This document shows positions 22,775-31,984 of a stretch of DNA of 64,000 nt, one piece after another. The notes under the pieces were generated by a model. The model saw only the letters and a list, made by a program, of their open reading frames with translations. It did not search any database and was not told the origin of the DNA. How positions within the stretch are numbered: position 1 is the first letter of the stretch; each line of letters opens with the position of its first letter. The translations under genes were made by a program, and so were the position numbers. Source of the stretch: Nannocystis bainbridge (GTDB taxonomy: Bacteria; Myxococcota_A; Polyangia; Nannocystales; Nannocystaceae); NCBI RefSeq assembly GCF_028368995.1, contig NZ_JAQNDL010000001.1, forward strand, positions 3,936,001 through 4,000,000, written 5' to 3'.

Positions 22775-23716
22775 ATGAGGCCCGGCTCCCGGCTCCTGGT
22801 GCTGCTCGCGGCGACGATCGGCGTCGTCTCGGGCTGCCTGGTCGAGCTCGACCCGCCGGCCGACTGCGGCGACGGCTTCATCGACGTGCTCGCCCAGGAG
22901 GACTGCGAGCCGTCCCTGCCCGACAGCTACGCCGACCGCTGCGCCGAGCTCGACCGCGTCGCCAGCCCGGCCGCCTGCGACCCCAAGACCTGCCGCTTCG
23001 CCGCCAGCGGCTGCCTCGCCTGCGGCAACGGCGTGCTCGACCCCGGCGAGGAGTGTGACCCCGAGGACATGTCCGAACCGACATGTCCCGGAGAAGGGGT
23101 AGCGACCTGCCGCGACAACTGCACCGTCGACCGCTCGGCCTGCTCGGCCTGCGGCAACGGCGTGCTCGACGTCGACGAGGAATGCGACTTCGCCCTCGAC
23201 CTCGACGACCTGGCCCTGACGATCGCCTGCGCGGAGCTCGACTCGCCGGGCGGCATCTCCCGCCGCTACGGCTCGGGCGAGTCGACCCGCTGCACCAGCA
23301 AGTGCGAGTGGGACCGCTCGCGCTGCTCCTACTGCCAGAACGACAAGCTCGAGGGCGACGAGGTCGACGGCCTCTACGTCGACTTCGAGCAGACCATCCA
23401 GCCGCCGCCCGAGGTCTGCGACAACCAGCACGCCGACCCCGAGGCCCTGGTGGCTCATTGCCAGTCGGCCTGCGGCAGCAGCTACCGCGTCGAGTGCCAG
23501 TTCTCCTGCGCCACCGACTGTCTGGAGTTCGAGAACGTGGGCGTGCCGACCGAAGAGCTCGGCTGCTGCACCGCCCGCAAAGAGACCTGCCCCTACGACC
23601 CGCAGACCGGCGAACTGATGCCCGGCCGCAGCCACTGCTGCCGCAAGCTCACCCATCCGGACGAGAATCCCTGCGAGCCGACCGGCTTCCCAAACCTCAT
23701 CTACACGTGCCGCTGA
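22775..23716 (+). CDS. Cys-rich lipoprotein with myxobacterial CGNG/CGDG...EECD repeats
   Basis: Lipobox VSGC; repeats CGDGFID..EDCE, CGNGVLDPGEECD, CGNGVLDVDEECD. Confidence 0.82.
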   Translation: MRPGSRLLVLLAATIGVVSGCLVELDPPADCGDGFIDVLAQEDCEPSLPDSYADRCAELDRVASPAACDPKTCRFAASGCLACGNGVLDPGEECDPEDMSEPTCPGEGVATCRDNCTVDRSACSACGNGVLDVDEECDFALDLDDLALTIACAELDSPGGISRRYGSGESTRCTSKCEWDRSRCSYCQNDKLEGDEVDGLYVDFEQTIQPPPEVCDNQHADPEALVAHCQSACGSSYRVECQFSCATDCLEFENVGVPTEELGCCTARKETCPYDPQTGELMPGRSHCCRKLTHPDENPCEPTGFPNLIYTCR

Positions 23717-24014
23717 TCGCAGAGGGCACGCCGCCGCTGAACCCGGCGACCACCGGCGCGGAGCGGGCAGCGAGCTCGGGCGCCGTATGGCCGCCTGGCA
23801 TGCCTCGTGTCGCCTCGCGCGCGCGGCGCGAAGCCTCGCTCCAGAGCGGCGATCTCGCGCCTCCGGCAGCGCAGCGAACGGCCCGCGTGCGCCCTCCCCG
23901 GTTCCGCGGCCTCATGGCCTGGTGACCGGGCGCGAGCGCCTGACCGCCGCCTCGGCCCTGGCCGGGCTCTGCGGCGCACGCGGCCGGTTTGCCGCGTGTG
24001 CTACCTTGAAGTCG

Positions 24015-24992
24015 ATGCGCCCGCCGTACGCGCTGCTCGTCGCTGCTGCCGTCGCTGCCGGGGTGGGCTGCGTCGTCCCGCTCGACCCGGTGCGCGACTG
24101 CGGCGACGGTTTCATCGACAAGCTCGCCGGTGAGGACTGCGAGCCCTCGCTGGTCGCCGGCATGCTCGGCTTCTGCGGCGCCGACGAGGTCCCCGGCCCG
24201 GGCGCGTGCGACCGCGAGACCTGCACCTTCGACCGCGACGCCTGCACCCGCTGCGGCAACGGCCTGCTCGATCCCGGCGAGGCATGTGACCCAAGGGACA
24301 TGTCCCAACCGGCATGTCCGCTCGCAGGCCTGGCCCGCTGCCGCAGCGACTGCACCATCGACGTCTCGAGCTGCCCGCGCACCTGCGGCGACGGCGTCGT
24401 CGACCTCGACCTCGAGGAGTGCGACTGGGGTCGGCCCGACGACCTCACCGACAAGGGCGCCCCGCTCAGCGTCGAATGCGTCGACCTCCCCGCCCCGACC
24501 TACCGCGCCTACGGCGACGGCACCTCGACCCAGTGCACCGCCGACTGCACATGGGACCGCTCCGACTGCACCTACTGCGGCAACGCGCGCCTCGAGAGCC
24601 TCGCCGTCATCGACAAGTACGACCTCCACCTCGACGACGCCGGGAGGCACGACTTCGCGCCCGAAGTCTGCGACGCCGGGGTGGCGCCCGATCTGCAAGC
24701 GCTGAGCGCGTTCTGTCAGGACCGCTGCGACGCCGGCGGCCTCATGATCGCGTGCACCTACGCATGCAGCGCCACCTGTGAGAGCTTCCTCGAGCCCGAG
24801 GACGGCGGCCCCGACAACGGCTGCTGCACCCCGAGGGGCGCCAGTTGCCCTTACTACAAGGACGGCGAGCTGTTCAAGCTGTTCAACAAGCGCAAGCCGT
24901 GTTGCGGCCTGGAGGGCATCGAGTTCGACGCGGACCCGTGCGTCGTGAATGTGGAGCTCGAGGGTACGGTGGGCTTGCGCATCTGCCCTTGA
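24015..24992 (+). CDS. Cys-rich lipoprotein, tandem paralog of 22775..23716
   Basis: Lipobox GVGC; same Cys skeleton (CGDGFID, CGNGLLDPGEACD, WDRSDCTYC, GCCTPR). Confidence 0.82.
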   Translation: MRPPYALLVAAAVAAGVGCVVPLDPVRDCGDGFIDKLAGEDCEPSLVAGMLGFCGADEVPGPGACDRETCTFDRDACTRCGNGLLDPGEACDPRDMSQPACPLAGLARCRSDCTIDVSSCPRTCGDGVVDLDLEECDWGRPDDLTDKGAPLSVECVDLPAPTYRAYGDGTSTQCTADCTWDRSDCTYCGNARLESLAVIDKYDLHLDDAGRHDFAPEVCDAGVAPDLQALSAFCQDRCDAGGLMIACTYACSATCESFLEPEDGGPDNGCCTPRGASCPYYKDGELFKLFNKRKPCCGLEGIEFDADPCVVNVELEGTVGLRICP

Positions 24993-25028
24993 GCGGCCGG
25001 CCCTGGCTCGCTAAAGTCCGCGCCTCGC

Positions 25029-26057
25029 ATGTCCGAGCCTCGCAAGTCTCTCGTCACCGGCGGCTGCGGCTTCCTCGGCCGCTTCCTCGTCGACGCCCTC
25101 GTCCGCCGCGGTGACAAGGTCACCGTCCTCGACCACAAGGTCGATCGCTGGCGCGACGACGTCCAGTTCATCGCCGGCGACATCTGCGACCCCGAGGTCG
25201 TCGCCCGCGCCTGCGCCGGCCAGGACGTCGTGTTCCACAACGCCTCGCTGGTCCACACCAAGCACAGCCGCGTCGAGCAGGTCCGCGCCGTCAACATCGA
25301 CGGCACCCGCAACGTCCTCGAAGCCTGTCGCAAGGGACAGGTGCCGAAGCTCGTCTACGTCAGCTCCGCCAGCGTCGTCTACGAGGGGCGCGACATCGAG
25401 CGCGGCGACGAGAACCTGCCCTACGCCCGCGAGTGGCTCGCGCCCTACGCCGAGACCAAGCGGATCGCCGAGGAGGAGGTCCTGAACGCCAACGGTCAGG
25501 GCGGCCTGCTCACCTGCGCCATCCGCCCGCACATGATCTTCGGGCCCGGCGACACCCGCCTGCTGCCGGCGATCCTCGCCCGCGCCAGGGCCGGCAACCT
25601 CAAGTTCACCGTCGGCGGCGGCGACCGCCTCAACGACTTCACCTATGTCACCAACATCGTCGACGCCCTGCTGGCCGCCGACGAGCGCCTGGTGCCCGGC
25701 TCACCGGTCGGCGGTCGCGCCTACTTCATCACCAACGGCGAGCCGATGAACTTCTGGGACTTCGTGCGCCGCGTCCTCGTCGGCCTCGGCTACCCGACCC
25801 CGCGGTTCCGCATCCCCTACGCCGTCGCCTACGCCGCCGCTGCCGCCCGCGAGACCTTCGACACCATCGTCCGCGGCGGCACCCTGCACGCCGAGGAGGG
25901 CCTGTCGCGGTTCTCGATCCGCTACATCTGCACCCACCACTACTTCGACTGCGCGCGCGCGGCCGCCGACCTCGGCTACAAGCCCCAGGTCTCGATGCTC
26001 GAGGGCATCCGCCGCACCGTCGAGTATTTTCGCGCCCAGGGCATCGCCGCCGCCTGA
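25029..26057 (+). CDS. Extended SDR, 3-beta-hydroxysteroid dehydrogenase/NSDHL(Erg26)-like
   Basis: TGGCGFLG, VFHNAS, VNIDGT, SSASVV, DENLPY, YAETK, AIRPHMIFGPGD, DFTYVTN, AYFITNGEP, LGYKP. Confidence 0.82.
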   Translation: MSEPRKSLVTGGCGFLGRFLVDALVRRGDKVTVLDHKVDRWRDDVQFIAGDICDPEVVARACAGQDVVFHNASLVHTKHSRVEQVRAVNIDGTRNVLEACRKGQVPKLVYVSSASVVYEGRDIERGDENLPYAREWLAPYAETKRIAEEEVLNANGQGGLLTCAIRPHMIFGPGDTRLLPAILARARAGNLKFTVGGGDRLNDFTYVTNIVDALLAADERLVPGSPVGGRAYFITNGEPMNFWDFVRRVLVGLGYPTPRFRIPYAVAYAAAAARETFDTIVRGGTLHAEEGLSRFSIRYICTHHYFDCARAAADLGYKPQVSMLEGIRRTVEYFRAQGIAAA

Positions 26058-26088
26058 GCTGGGCGCGCGCCTCGACCTCCGCTAGCGT

Positions 26089-26520
26089 GTGGGCCTCGTG
26101 TCGATCTACGGCCCGCCCGCGTCCCTGGCCCGTGACCACGCGCGTCGCACCGGCCTGCAACTCACCCGGGTCATCCTCGCGGTCATCGCCATCACCGGCC
26201 TCGTCGGCGTCGCCATGGTGGTACTGCTCGAGTCTCAGGACCTCGGCAGCCATCACCTCGCCGTCGACCGGGCCGAGACGATCCGGCTCGAGGCAGAGGC
26301 CCGGCACGAGGTCATGCGCCTGCAGACCGCCGAATTCCTGCCGTCGGTGCCGATCGTGCCCGACCTCGAGGCCCCGCCGCCGCTCCTGCGATCGGCGGAG
26401 CTGCTGCCGGTCGACGCCTGGCCCCGGCCGATCGACGACGACGCTCATGAGCCCGGTGAGCCCGAGCGAAAATCACCGGCCGAGCCCGCTCGCCTGCAGA
26501 CCGCCGAGATCCTCCACTGA
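26089..26520 (+). CDS. Hypothetical single-TM protein
   Basis: Hydrophobic segment VILAVIAITGLVGVAMVVLL; GC3 bias. Confidence 0.55.
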   Translation: MGLVSIYGPPASLARDHARRTGLQLTRVILAVIAITGLVGVAMVVLLESQDLGSHHLAVDRAETIRLEAEARHEVMRLQTAEFLPSVPIVPDLEAPPPLLRSAELLPVDAWPRPIDDDAHEPGEPERKSPAEPARLQTAEILH

Positions 26521-26638
26521 CAGCGGGCGCATCACGCCCCGCGCTTCCGCCTCGTTCGCTGCCGAGCTCGTCGCTCTCGAGCTCCCGAGCCCGCGGTGAA
26601 GCGTCAGATCGGCGCAGCTTTCGGCCACACTGCTCGAC

Positions 26639-28453
26639 GTGGCCGCTCCGCCCGAAGAACCAGGCCTGCGCCGCTTCCTCGGCGTGTTCCGTTACGGCCG
26701 CCGCGCGCTGGGGCTGGTGTGGTCGACCAGCAAGTCGCTGACCGTCGCCCTCGCCGCGCTCACCCTCGTCGTCGGCCTGCTGCCCGCTGCCGCGGCCTAC
26801 GTCGGCCAGCTCATCGTCGACGCCGTCGTGCACGCCGCCCAGGTCAGCCACGATCCGTCGCCGGTGCTGCGGCTCGTCGCCGTCGAGGCGCTGCTGGTCG
26901 TCCTGCTCGCCTTCGCCCAGCGAGCGATCGCCGTCTGTCACTCGCTGCTGCGCACCCAGCTCGGCCAGCGCGTCAACGTCATGATCCTCGAAAAGGCGCT
27001 GACGCTCGACCTCACCCACTTCGAGGACGCCGACTTCTACGACAAGCTGACCCGCGCCCGCCGCGAGGCCTCGAGCCGCCCGCTGAGCCTCGTCGGCCGC
27101 ACCTTCGCGCTGGTCCAGAACGCCATCTCGCTGACCAGCTTCGCCGCCCTGCTGTTCGGCTTCTCGCCGTGGGCCGCGCTGATCCTCGCGCTCGCCGGGC
27201 TGCCCTCGTTCCTCGCCGAGGCCAAGTTCTCGGGCGACGCCTTCCGCCTGTTCCGCTGGCGCGCCCCCGAGACGCGCATGCAATATTATTACGAGACGGC
27301 GATCAGCACCCTCGATTACGCCAAGGAGGTCAAGCTCTACGGACTCGGTCCGCTGTTCCTCCGCCGCTATCGGCAGATCTTCCGCGACCTCTACGCCGAG
27401 GACCGCAAGCTGACGCTGCGCCGCGGCCTGTGGAGCGGCGCGCTCGGCCTGCTCGCCACCGGCGCTTTTTATGGCGCGTACATGTGGATCGCCATCGCCG
27501 CGGTAGCCGGCGAAATCTCGCTCGGCGAGATGACGATGTACCTGTTGCTGTTCCGCCAGGGTCAGACCGCGGTCTCGGCGATCCTCGGGGCGATCGGCGG
27601 CATGTACGAGGACAACCTCTACCTCTCGACCCTCTACGAATACCTTTCGCAGGACGTCGCCGCGCCCTCGGGCACCGCGACCTCCGGCCCCGATCCGAGC
27701 GACGGCATCCGCTTCGACCACGTCGGCTTCACCTACCCGGGCGCGCCCGCGCCGACGCTGCACGACGTCAGCTTTCACATCCGCCCCGGCCAGAGCCTGG
27801 CGCTGGTCGGCGAGAACGGCAGCGGCAAGACCACCCTGATTAAACTCCTGACGCGCCTCTATGACCCGACGGCCGGCCACATCTCCCTCGACGGCCGCGA
27901 CCTCCGCGAGTGGGACGCGACGGCGCTGCGCCGCCGCGTGGGGGTGATCTTCCAGGACTTCGCCCGCTACCAGCTCAAGGTCGGCGAGAACATCGGCGCC
28001 GGCGACGTCACCGCGTTCGAAGATCGCGCGCGCTGGCAGGCGTCCGCGCAAAAAGGCATGTCCGAAGAATTCATCAAGGGCATGCCGAAGCAGTACGAGA
28101 CCCAGCTCGGCCGACTTTTTAAAGAAGGCCGCGAGCTGTCGGGCGGTCAGTGGCAGAAGATCGCCCTGTCGCGCGCCTTCATGCGCAGCGGCGCCGACGT
28201 GCTGGTCCTCGACGAGCCGACCGCCGCGATGGACGCCGAGGCCGAGGCCCAGGTGTTCGAGCACGTCCGCAATCTTTCAAAAGACCGCATGGTCATCCTG
28301 ATCTCCCACCGCTTCTCGACGGTGCGCGCGGCCGACCACATCCTCGTGCTCCACGACGGCCGGATCCTCGAGGACGGCGACCACGCGTCGCTGATGCAGC
28401 AAGGCGGCCGCTACGAGCGCCTGTTCTCGCTGCAGGCGCAGGGCTACCGCTGA
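26639..28453 (+). CDS. ABC exporter, fused TMD and NBD
   Basis: GENGSGKTT, LSGGQWQK, LVLDEPT, ISHR, plus N-terminal TM helices. Confidence 0.94.
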   Translation: MAAPPEEPGLRRFLGVFRYGRRALGLVWSTSKSLTVALAALTLVVGLLPAAAAYVGQLIVDAVVHAAQVSHDPSPVLRLVAVEALLVVLLAFAQRAIAVCHSLLRTQLGQRVNVMILEKALTLDLTHFEDADFYDKLTRARREASSRPLSLVGRTFALVQNAISLTSFAALLFGFSPWAALILALAGLPSFLAEAKFSGDAFRLFRWRAPETRMQYYYETAISTLDYAKEVKLYGLGPLFLRRYRQIFRDLYAEDRKLTLRRGLWSGALGLLATGAFYGAYMWIAIAAVAGEISLGEMTMYLLLFRQGQTAVSAILGAIGGMYEDNLYLSTLYEYLSQDVAAPSGTATSGPDPSDGIRFDHVGFTYPGAPAPTLHDVSFHIRPGQSLALVGENGSGKTTLIKLLTRLYDPTAGHISLDGRDLREWDATALRRRVGVIFQDFARYQLKVGENIGAGDVTAFEDRARWQASAQKGMSEEFIKGMPKQYETQLGRLFKEGRELSGGQWQKIALSRAFMRSGADVLVLDEPTAAMDAEAEAQVFEHVRNLSKDRMVILISHRFSTVRAADHILVLHDGRILEDGDHASLMQQGGRYERLFSLQAQGYR

Positions 28454-28498
28454 GAGCGACGCTCCTCGCGGTCGCGCGGGTTCACGGCCGCGCAATGA

Positions 28499-29302
28499 TC
28501 AGCACGGCGATTGATAGCACTTCGCGGCCTCGCGCGACGTCTCCACCGCGATCTTCCACTCGCCGCCGCGCTGCGTCATGACGATGACCTTGTTGTGCGG
28601 CTTGCGGCCCTTGCCGTCGCCGCGGTCGTAGACGCCGAGGTCGCAGAGGACGACCCGATCCGCGCCCTCCACCCGCAAGAACGACACGCTCGCGGGTGCG
28701 ACGTCGAGGCTGCCGCGCAGCTCGGAGCGCCGCTGCCCGATCTCCGCGTTCGTGTGATCGTAGAAGCACTCCATCGGCGCAGCGAAGCCCGCGTGGTAGC
28801 GGGCGAGATCGCGTTCGTTGTAAGCGCGAATGGTGTCGAGATACGTCGCACAGGCCGCATGGGCGAGCTCGGGCACCCCATCCCGCCCCGCGAAGCAGAC
28901 GCGCTCGGACCCGCGTTGGACGAACGACGAGCCGATGCCGACGACCAGCAACACCAGCGCACCGCCGACCCCGAGCATCTTGCCTCGCCGTCCCCGCGGC
29001 ACGCGGGAGTGATTGACGACCGTGAGCGGCAGCGTGATGTCCCACGCACGCGCGACATCCTCGATGGCCTCGCGCTGGCCCGGCACTCTCTCCACCCACC
29101 GCTCGAACAGCGCCGAGTCGAGCATTTTGTGCCGAACCAGCACCTCGACCAGGTCGGAGGCGAAGCTCGAGCGAGTCAAATTGCCTTCGAGAATATTGAG
29201 CTTGAGTACATGCCCGTCGGGCAGCTCGCGCGACAATTGGCGCATCTCCTCGACCGAAAGCGTCTTTGCCAACAGCTTCGACAGGTCTTGCGAGCGCGAC
29301 AT
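28499..29302 (-). CDS. Hypothetical protein: helical N-terminal domain (EAD-like), TM, NTF2-like C-terminal domain
   Basis: About 85-aa helical N-terminal domain, TM GALVLLVVGIG, C-terminal YNERDLARYHAGFA...GEWKIAVE; 5' part has lower GC. Confidence 0.6.
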   Translation of the reverse strand: MSRSQDLSKLLAKTLSVEEMRQLSRELPDGHVLKLNILEGNLTRSSFASDLVEVLVRHKMLDSALFERWVERVPGQREAIEDVARAWDITLPLTVVNHSRVPRGRRGKMLGVGGALVLLVVGIGSSFVQRGSERVCFAGRDGVPELAHAACATYLDTIRAYNERDLARYHAGFAAPMECFYDHTNAEIGQRRSELRGSLDVAPASVSFLRVEGADRVVLCDLGVYDRGDGKGRKPHNKVIVMTQRGGEWKIAVETSREAAKCYQSPC

Positions 29303-29418
29303 CAGGCCGCGCTCACCATAACGCAATCAGGTCCGCCACCGTATCCCGGCGCTCGCCGGGCCTGGGCCGCAGCCCTTGTGGGAGGCGCTGCAGCATCACG
29401 GCCGGCGGCGCCTGTCCC

Positions 29419-29808
29419 TCAATACGCCTCGCGGAGCTCCGCCCGCTCACGCGCCTCGCGTTCGCGGATCTCCTGCGCCTCCACCGTCAGCCGCGCCGTC
29501 GGCTGCGCGGACAGGCGCTCGAACGGGATCTCCTCCTCCGTGTCTTCGCAGATCCCGTACGTCCCGGCCTGCATGCGGGCCAGCGCGTCCTCGACCTCGC
29601 GCAGGCGCGAGCGGTCGTGGTCGGCGATGCTGAGCTGGGCCACCTGGGCCGCCTCGTTGGCGGCGTGATCTTGTTGGTCGCCGACGTCGGGCGTGAGTGG
29701 GTCGGTGGTGTCGGCGCGGTGCTCGATCTCCCGGCGGAGCAGGGACGAGCGCTCGGCGTCGAGGCGCTGCTTCAGATCGGCGAGCTGTTCTTTGGTGAGG
29801 TGGTCCAT
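29419..29808 (-). CDS. DksA/TraR family transcription factor, one-Cys (DksA2-like) type
   Basis: Tip DQQDHA (DxxDxA), ALARMQAGTYGICEDT-x17-TVEA. Confidence 0.9.
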   Translation of the reverse strand: MDHLTKEQLADLKQRLDAERSSLLRREIEHRADTTDPLTPDVGDQQDHAANEAAQVAQLSIADHDRSRLREVEDALARMQAGTYGICEDTEEEIPFERLSAQPTARLTVEAQEIREREARERAELREAY

Positions 29809-30136
29809 CGCTGGGCGACAGCGTAGTACCAATCGCGCGGGGGCGCAGCGCTCGCGGTGCCGCGGGGCTGCCTCGCCGGCGAACTCGACCGCGGGCGGTC
29901 CGGATCGCCGACGCCTGGCGGCCTGCTGTGGCCGCGTACGGCGGTTCGCCGGCGCATCGCCGGTCTGACGCGCGGTGACGGTGGCTCCGGCGGCCCATCA
30001 CCCGACGAGGATCGCACGCCGACTGCGTAGGACGCGATCCCCGACGCGCTCCGGAGATTCACCGTTCGCCGGCCTGCGACGCCGCCGCCGGCCGGCTCGT
30101 CGCCAGCGCCGCGCCGGCCGTGATACACCCGATCTC

Positions 30137-31714
30137 GTGACTTCCGACTTCGACTACGACTTCATCGTCGTCGGCTCCGGCTTCGGCGGCAGCGTCTCCG
30201 GCCTCCGGCTGACCGAGAAGGGCTACCGCGTCCTCATGCTCGAGAAGGGCGGCGAGCTCGGGCCGGCCGAGTTTCCGAAGACCAACTGGAACCTCAAGCG
30301 GTGGCTGTGGATGCCGAAGCTCGGCTGGCGCGGCCTGTTTCAGATGACCTTCTTCCGCCACGTCACCGTGCTCTCGGGCGTCGGCGTCGGCGGCGGCTCG
30401 CTGGTCTACGCCAACACGCTACCTGTCCCGAAGCACAGCTTCTTCGAGTCGCCCTCGTGGGCTCGCCTCGCCGACTGGGAGAACGAGCTGAAGCCGCACT
30501 ACGAGACCGCGCTGCGGATGCTCGGCGCGGCGCCGAACCCTGCGGTCACCCCGGTCGACCGGGTCATGCGGGGCGTCGCTGCCGACATGGGCAAGACCGT
30601 CGAGCCGACCCATGTCGCGGTCTATTTCGGCGAGCCGGGCAAGACCGTGGCCGACCCGTACTTCGGCGGCAGCGGCCCCGAGCGGACCGGCTGCATTTAC
30701 TGCGGCGGCTGCATGCTCGGCTGTCGCTTCGGCAGCAAGAACACCCTCGACAAGAACTACCTCTTCTTCGCGCGCAAGCGCGGCCTCGAGCTGCAGGCCG
30801 ACACCGAGGTCACCGCCGTGCGCGCCCTGCCGGGCGGTGGTTATCGCGTCGAGGCGCGCAGCGGCACCGGCCTGCTCGGCCGCCAGGCCCGCAGCTTCAC
30901 CGCCCGCAACGTCGTGCTCGCCGGCGGCGTGCTCGGCACCGTCGACCTGCTGCTGCGCATGAAGCAGGACCCCGACGGCCTGCCCAAGTTGTCCGACCGC
31001 CTCGGCGAGAACGTGCGCACCAACTCCGAGTCGCTCATCGGCATCGTCGGCGCCCAGCGTCAGCACGACCTCTCGCGCGGCGTCGCCATCGGCTCGATCA
31101 TCCAGCTCGACGAGCACTCGCACGTCGAGCCCGTGCGCTACTCCGCCGGCTCCGGCTTCTGGCGCCTGCTGCTCGCCCCGCACGTCGCCGGCGAGAAGGC
31201 CCTGGTCCGCCTGTCGCGGTTCGCCGGCGCCTTCCTCCGCCACCCGATCAAGTTCGCCCGCGCCTTGATGGTCCCCGACCTCGCCAAGTACTCGATCATC
31301 CTCCTCTACATGAAGACCGCCGAGGGCACCTTGCGCCTCCGCCTCGGCGCCACCGGCCTCGCCACCGACCTCTCCTCCGGCAAGCCGCCCACCGCATCGA
31401 TCCCCGAGGCCACCGACATCGCCCGTCGCGTCGCCGACAAGATCCAGGGCTACTCGATGTCGCTCGTCACCGAGACCCTGTTCAATATTCCGACCACCGC
31501 CCACATCCTCGGCGGCTGCACCATGGGCGACTCGGCCGAGACCGGCGTCATCGACCATCAGCACCGCGCCTTTGGTTACGACGGCCTCTACGTCATCGAC
31601 GGCTCGGCCGTCTCGGCCAACCCTGGCGTCAACCCCTCGCTCACGATCACCGCCCTCGCCGAGCGGGCCATGAGCCGGATCCCCGCCAACGTCGAGGTCG
31701 CCGCCTCGGCCTGA
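30137..31714 (+). CDS. GMC oxidoreductase, cholesterol oxidase (ChoD)-like
   Basis: VVGSGFGGSV..LRLTEKGY, GVGVGGGSLVYANTL, CGGCMLGC, KNTLDKNYL, TAHILGG, NPGVNPSLTITALAERA. Confidence 0.9.
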   Translation: MTSDFDYDFIVVGSGFGGSVSGLRLTEKGYRVLMLEKGGELGPAEFPKTNWNLKRWLWMPKLGWRGLFQMTFFRHVTVLSGVGVGGGSLVYANTLPVPKHSFFESPSWARLADWENELKPHYETALRMLGAAPNPAVTPVDRVMRGVAADMGKTVEPTHVAVYFGEPGKTVADPYFGGSGPERTGCIYCGGCMLGCRFGSKNTLDKNYLFFARKRGLELQADTEVTAVRALPGGGYRVEARSGTGLLGRQARSFTARNVVLAGGVLGTVDLLLRMKQDPDGLPKLSDRLGENVRTNSESLIGIVGAQRQHDLSRGVAIGSIIQLDEHSHVEPVRYSAGSGFWRLLLAPHVAGEKALVRLSRFAGAFLRHPIKFARALMVPDLAKYSIILLYMKTAEGTLRLRLGATGLATDLSSGKPPTASIPEATDIARRVADKIQGYSMSLVTETLFNIPTTAHILGGCTMGDSAETGVIDHQHRAFGYDGLYVIDGSAVSANPGVNPSLTITALAERAMSRIPANVEVAASA

Positions 31715-31984
31715 CCCGCCTGTCCTTCGGGACAGCTTCTCTCGGCCGCGCCGCCTGACCCCGCGAGGGACCTGTCCCTCGGGACATCCACATCCTCCGC
31801 CCAGAGGTCCCAGGATCTCCGACACGTGGGCGACCTCGTCCGGGCCTCTCGAGCGACCGCTCGGGTGATGTCCCGCGCACGCGGCTTCCGGGGCTTCGCT
31901 CACTCGCGTCGGGGCGGCGTTCTGCGGGGCTCGTGGTCCCCGGTCGCTTGCGCCGACCTGGCCGGCTCGGTCTACTGCGAGCGC

